From an uncultured Gammaproteobacteria bacterium (lineage in GTDB: Bacteria; Patescibacteriota; Patescibacteriia; Magasanikbacterales; UBA922): 64,000 bases of DNA. A program made the position numbers and the translations under genes. The DNA lies in the NCBI GenBank assembly GCA_964394405.1, contig CAYMVY010000001.1, positions 102,546 through 166,545 on the forward strand. Direction: 5' to 3'. Under the pieces are notes generated by a model. The model ran no database searches, was not told where the DNA came from, and saw nothing but the letters and a program-made list of their open reading frames with translations. Within the stretch, counting starts at the first letter, position 1; the number at the start of each line of letters is the position of its first letter. Below are positions 60,576-64,000 of the stretch, piece after piece.

Positions 60576-61574
60576 ATGAATCATGTTATTCGACTTACGA
60601 GCATTGATCCAGAATACCACTCACGAATCATGGAAATTCTCCAACCCCATGACGTTGGTATTTCTGATACCACCCTTGAATTTACCGCAACTGATCCTGA
60701 AACAACAATTCTCGGGGTATTTGTAGATTCACCGGTGACCAAAGAGGTAATTGCTTCGATGCCCCGTCTCTCTCATATCGTCACATTTTCCACCGGGTTT
60801 GATCACATAGACCTCGCTGCAGCAAAAAAGAAAAAAATCTCAGTATCAAACGTTCCTTCCTACGGAGAAAATACAGTCGCAGAACATGCGCTTGCACTCT
60901 TACTCGCACTATCCCGCAAATTATACCCTTCTATCAAACGAGTAAAAGAAGGAATGTACGACTATCACAATCTGCAGGGCTTTGACCTCAAAGAAAAAGT
61001 AGTGGGTATTATTGGAACAGGACATATCGGAACTCATGTGATAAAAATGTTGAAAGGTTTTGAAGCGCATATCCTGGCATTTGATGCATTTCCAAATACA
61101 GCGCTTGCACGTGAATATGGGTTTTCATACGAAACACTCGATAGAATATACCGTGAATCAGATATCATCTCTCTTCATGTACCTCTTCTCCCTTCGACAA
61201 CACACCTTATCAATATGCAGGCGGTCAAAAAAATGAAACCAGGAAGTTACCTGATAAATACTGCACGAGGAGCGCTTATTGATCCTGAGGCGCTTCTTTT
61301 TGGACTTCAAAGTGGAATTATCGCAGGTGCCGGTCTTGATGTACTCGAAGAAGAATTGGTGTTCAAAACTCCCGAAACAATTCTTACGCTTACAGACGCA
61401 AAATCCATACGCCGATGCTTGATTGAAAATGCAATTATTGACCACCCACACACGATTATCACTCCCCACAATGCTTTCAATAGTATTGAGGCAATTTATC
61501 GTATTATCGATACTGCCGCAGGTAATATCAAAAACTTCATTGCCGGTTCGCCTACAAATTTAGTAAAACTATAA
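60576..61574 (+). CDS. D-isomer-specific 2-hydroxyacid dehydrogenase (NAD-binding)
   Basis: VGIIGTGHIGTHVIKMLKGFEAHILAFD Rossmann motif and catalytic R/E/H positions. Confidence 0.8.
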   Translation: MNHVIRLTSIDPEYHSRIMEILQPHDVGISDTTLEFTATDPETTILGVFVDSPVTKEVIASMPRLSHIVTFSTGFDHIDLAAAKKKKISVSNVPSYGENTVAEHALALLLALSRKLYPSIKRVKEGMYDYHNLQGFDLKEKVVGIIGTGHIGTHVIKMLKGFEAHILAFDAFPNTALAREYGFSYETLDRIYRESDIISLHVPLLPSTTHLINMQAVKKMKPGSYLINTARGALIDPEALLFGLQSGIIAGAGLDVLEEELVFKTPETILTLTDAKSIRRCLIENAIIDHPHTIITPHNAFNSIEAIYRIIDTAAGNIKNFIAGSPTNLVKL

Positions 61575-61610
61575 ATCTTAGTGTTCGATAAATAGCACCT
61601 TCGGGGGTTC

Positions 61611-61690
61611 GGGGGTCAAAACTGTCTGAGCTACGAGTGCAATATGGTAAAATAAACTTAGCGAGGCGAGTTTTTTGACCCCCGAAAATT
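61611..61690. terminator. Long hairpin (gggggtcaaaa ... ttttttgaccccc, about 50-nt loop) plus T-run
   Basis: Read directly from the sequence. Confidence 0.45.
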
Positions 61691-61727
61691 TTTGGTACTT
61701 TTTGGTTACAAAAAGTACGTAGAACTC

Positions 61728-61756
61728 TTGACAATTATACTAAAATTAGGTACTAT
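61728..61756 (+). promoter_or_regulatory. Sigma70-like promoter (TTGACA-17-TACTAT) for rplA, followed by a roughly 70-nt structured leader
   Basis: ttgacaattatactaaaattaggtactat. The leader gggacctttagctcttaacctagagggtttgtacc may mimic the L1 binding site. Confidence 0.5.
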
Positions 61757-61826
61757 ACGCCCATTATTCACGTGGGACCTTTAGCTCTTAACCTAGAGGG
61801 TTTGTACCACTAACAATCGACAGTAT

Positions 61827-62510
61827 ATGTCAAAACGAATGAAGGACCTAAAATCCAAGGTCAACGCAGACAAGCTCTATCCGCTTGAAGAAGCATTAGC
61901 GCTCGTCAAAAGTACGAGTACCGTTAAATTCGATGCCTCAGTTGAGGTGCACGCTCGCCTCGGTATCGATGTAAGTAAAAGTGACCAGCAAATCCGCTCG
62001 ACCGTTGCACTCCCTCATGGAACCGGAAAAAAGACTATTATCGCAGCATTTGTGGGGGCAAACGATGAAAAAGCGGCAAAAGATGCAGGAGCAGACTTCA
62101 TCTACAGTGAACCAGATATCAAAGGAATACAGTCTGGAACCACCAAAATCGCATTCGATATCGCAGTTGCAACTCCTGAAATGATGCCTAAGCTTGCGAT
62201 CGCAGCTAAGGTGCTCGGTCCAAAAGGACTCATGCCTAATCCAAAAACCGGAACCGTAGACAAGGATGTGGCAAAAATGGTGTCTGAACTCAAAAAAGGT
62301 AAGGTTGCCTTCAAAAACGATGATACCGGAAATGTGCACGCATCAATTGGTAAAGTAAGCTTTGATACTGAAAAACTGAAAGAAAACTTCGAGAGTCTCA
62401 TGGAGGCACTACGAAAAGCAAAACCAAACTCTGCAAAAGGTACATACCTCAAAGGTGTATACCTGACCAGTAGTATGGGTCCGAGTGTCAAAGTGGAAAT
62501 TGCTCAGTAA
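61827..62510 (+). CDS. rplA: 50S ribosomal protein L1
   Basis: ALPHGTGKKTIIAAF ... KVLGPKGLMPNPKTGTV, the L1 signature. Confidence 0.9.
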   Translation: MSKRMKDLKSKVNADKLYPLEEALALVKSTSTVKFDASVEVHARLGIDVSKSDQQIRSTVALPHGTGKKTIIAAFVGANDEKAAKDAGADFIYSEPDIKGIQSGTTKIAFDIAVATPEMMPKLAIAAKVLGPKGLMPNPKTGTVDKDVAKMVSELKKGKVAFKNDDTGNVHASIGKVSFDTEKLKENFESLMEALRKAKPNSAKGTYLKGVYLTSSMGPSVKVEIAQ

Positions 62511-62609
62511 ATGATTCTAAAAAACTGCCCGAAAGGGTGGTTTTTTGTTTATAAAATTTTCCTTGCCCTATACCCTTTTTTCTGTTACGATTCTACCAAT
62601 TCACTTCCT

Positions 62610-63173
62610 ATGATACTCTCAGACAAAGACATCAAAATTTCGCTAGAAAAAGGAGAAGTAACTATAACTCCTTATAGCGAACAATATCTACAGCCCGCAT
62701 CAGTTGATCTGCACCTTGATAAACATTTTCTGATATTCGATACACACAAATATTCAGTAATTGATCCGAAACTCCCCATTGATGAAATGATGCGCCCGAT
62801 AGAAATCACTGATGACGGATATTTCGTTCTCCATCCCGGAGAATTTGCGCTTGGTCTTATCTACGAAACCACCGGTGTATCAGATTCATATGTGGGAAGA
62901 CTGGAAGGAAAAAGTTCAGTAGGACGATTAGGGTTATTGATCCACGTAACAGCAGGTTTTCTCGATCCGGGTAACTCACTCAAGATGACACTCGAACTTC
63001 ACAATACCGCAAATATGCCAATCAAACTGTATTACAAAATGCCCATCGCGCAAATCGCTTTTGAAAAAATAAGTTCACCTGCAGAAAAACCATACAATCA
63101 AATGGGTAATGCCAAATATATTGGCGATATGAAACCAAAAGCGAGTCAGATGTGGAAAAATTTTTCTAAATAA
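62610..63173 (+). CDS. dcd: dCTP deaminase
   Basis: From internal ATG MILSDKDIKISLEKGEVTITPY...SVDLHLD ... GRLEGKSSVGRLGL, the Dcd signature. Confidence 0.85.
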   Translation: MILSDKDIKISLEKGEVTITPYSEQYLQPASVDLHLDKHFLIFDTHKYSVIDPKLPIDEMMRPIEITDDGYFVLHPGEFALGLIYETTGVSDSYVGRLEGKSSVGRLGLLIHVTAGFLDPGNSLKMTLELHNTANMPIKLYYKMPIAQIAFEKISSPAEKPYNQMGNAKYIGDMKPKASQMWKNFSK

Positions 63174-63175
63174 AT

Positions 63176-63649
63176 ATGCCGACAGAAGCTAGACAAGAAT
63201 ACATCTCATGGGACGAATGCTTTATGCGCATGGCGCATGTGATTGCTGAGCGTTCAAAAGACCCCTCTACCCAGGCTGGGTCAGTAATTGCAGACGCAAA
63301 AAACGTTGTCGTAGGCCTGGGATATAACGGGTTTCCACGAAGTATTGATAATGACGCATTCCCCTGGGACCGGGAAGGTGGATTTCTTGAGACCAAATAC
63401 GCCTATGTGTGTCATGCTGAAGAAAACGCAATATACAATGCCAATAAAGCGACTCATGGATGCAAACTCTACTGCACACTTTTCCCCTGTAATGAATGCG
63501 CAAAAACCATTGTACAAAACGGAATTACTGAAATAATTTATGAGAGCGATAAATATCATGATACTGATAGTTGTATCGCCTCACGTAGAATTCTTGAGGC
63601 AGCAGGTGTTACGTATCGACAATATATATCTGACTGGGCAGACAAATAA
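63176..63649 (+). CDS. dCMP (deoxycytidylate) deaminase, CDA-fold zinc enzyme
   Basis: CHAEENAI ... PCNECAKTI zinc-binding motifs. Confidence 0.85.
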   Translation: MPTEARQEYISWDECFMRMAHVIAERSKDPSTQAGSVIADAKNVVVGLGYNGFPRSIDNDAFPWDREGGFLETKYAYVCHAEENAIYNANKATHGCKLYCTLFPCNECAKTIVQNGITEIIYESDKYHDTDSCIASRRILEAAGVTYRQYISDWADK

Positions 63650-63658
63650 ATAAACATT

Positions 63659-64000
63659 ATGCAAAAAACAATACTCGGCTTTGTAGGTGACTTAGCAAGT
63701 GGCAAAGGCACTGCAGCAAAATACTTAAGTGAAAAATATGGAGCAACCACCTATCGATTTTCAACCATGCTCCGAGATATCTTGAAACGCGTGTACGTAC
63801 CAGAAACCAGAGAAAACCTACAAAACCTCTCTACCTTTTTGCGCCAATCATACGGACAAGACGTAATGAGCAGAGTCATCGCCGAAGATGTTGCACGAGA
63901 CGAAAATAATCTGGTCATTGTCGAAGGAATCAGACGCCCGAGTGATATTGAATATCTAAAAAAATTGGAAGGATTTCATCTCATATACCTTACGGGAAAC
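63659..64000 (+). CDS. P-loop nucleotide/nucleoside kinase-like protein, 3' end beyond window
   Basis: MQKTILGFVGDLASGKGTAAKYL Walker A. Not in the ORF track because it is truncated by the window edge. Confidence 0.5.
   Translation, partial: MQKTILGFVGDLASGKGTAAKYLSEKYGATTYRFSTMLRDILKRVYVPETRENLQNLSTFLRQSYGQDVMSRVIAEDVARDENNLVIVEGIRRPSDIEYLKKLEGFHLIYLTGN

Overview
This window looks like a low-GC (about 40%) Candidate Phyla Radiation (Patescibacteria/Parcubacteria-like) genome segment. Genes are short and densely packed, many with weak Shine-Dalgarno sites. The window mixes translation and RNA-turnover genes with repair, metabolism and transport genes.

Translation and RNA turnover genes:
- Partial RNase J, and rpsO-NYN-pnp.
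- tsf-rpsB, rpmE-prfA-prmC, rplS and rplY.
- secE-nusG-rplK, separated from rplA by two unrelated genes.
- gyrB, and a 23S-5S rRNA pair on the minus strand with no 16S.

Other genes:
- Repair and nucleotide metabolism: uvrA, an endonuclease Q-like PHP nuclease next to a Vsr-like DUF559 endonuclease, and dcd plus dCMP deaminase.
- Metabolism: glmS, kbl-tdh and class I FBA.
- Transport and envelope: divergent znuA / zur-znuC-znuB, lgt, FtsW/RodA, a family-5 ABC substrate-binding protein, SecG, and DsbA next to a large Cys-rich secreted protein with a VirB2/TrbC-like pilin hairpin.

RNA features:
- tRNA-Leu(CAG) with a duplicated 5' fragment beside it, tRNA-Ile(UAU) and tRNA-Leu(UAG).
- 5S rRNA, and a 23S rRNA interrupted in domain V by a roughly 340-nt ORF-less group I-like intron.
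- A GC-rich structured RNA between lgt and the 5S gene that I interpret as RNase P RNA.

Most unusual observations:
1. Three families of short dispersed palindromic repeats (TTTTGAGTTTTGA-type, TCCTCCCCT...AGGGGGAGG-type, CGACTTTATAGACTTT-type). Each has intergenic copies plus in-frame copies inside glmS or prmC, reminiscent of Rickettsia palindromic elements.
2. Four small GC-rich (55-60%) protein-coding islets with their own SD sites and terminators, likely horizontally acquired.
3. EndoQ-like and Vsr-like nucleases side by side.
4. A shared SPRPRR Arg/Gly/Pro tail on both RNase J and PNPase.

No CRISPR array, transposase or integrase was recognisable.
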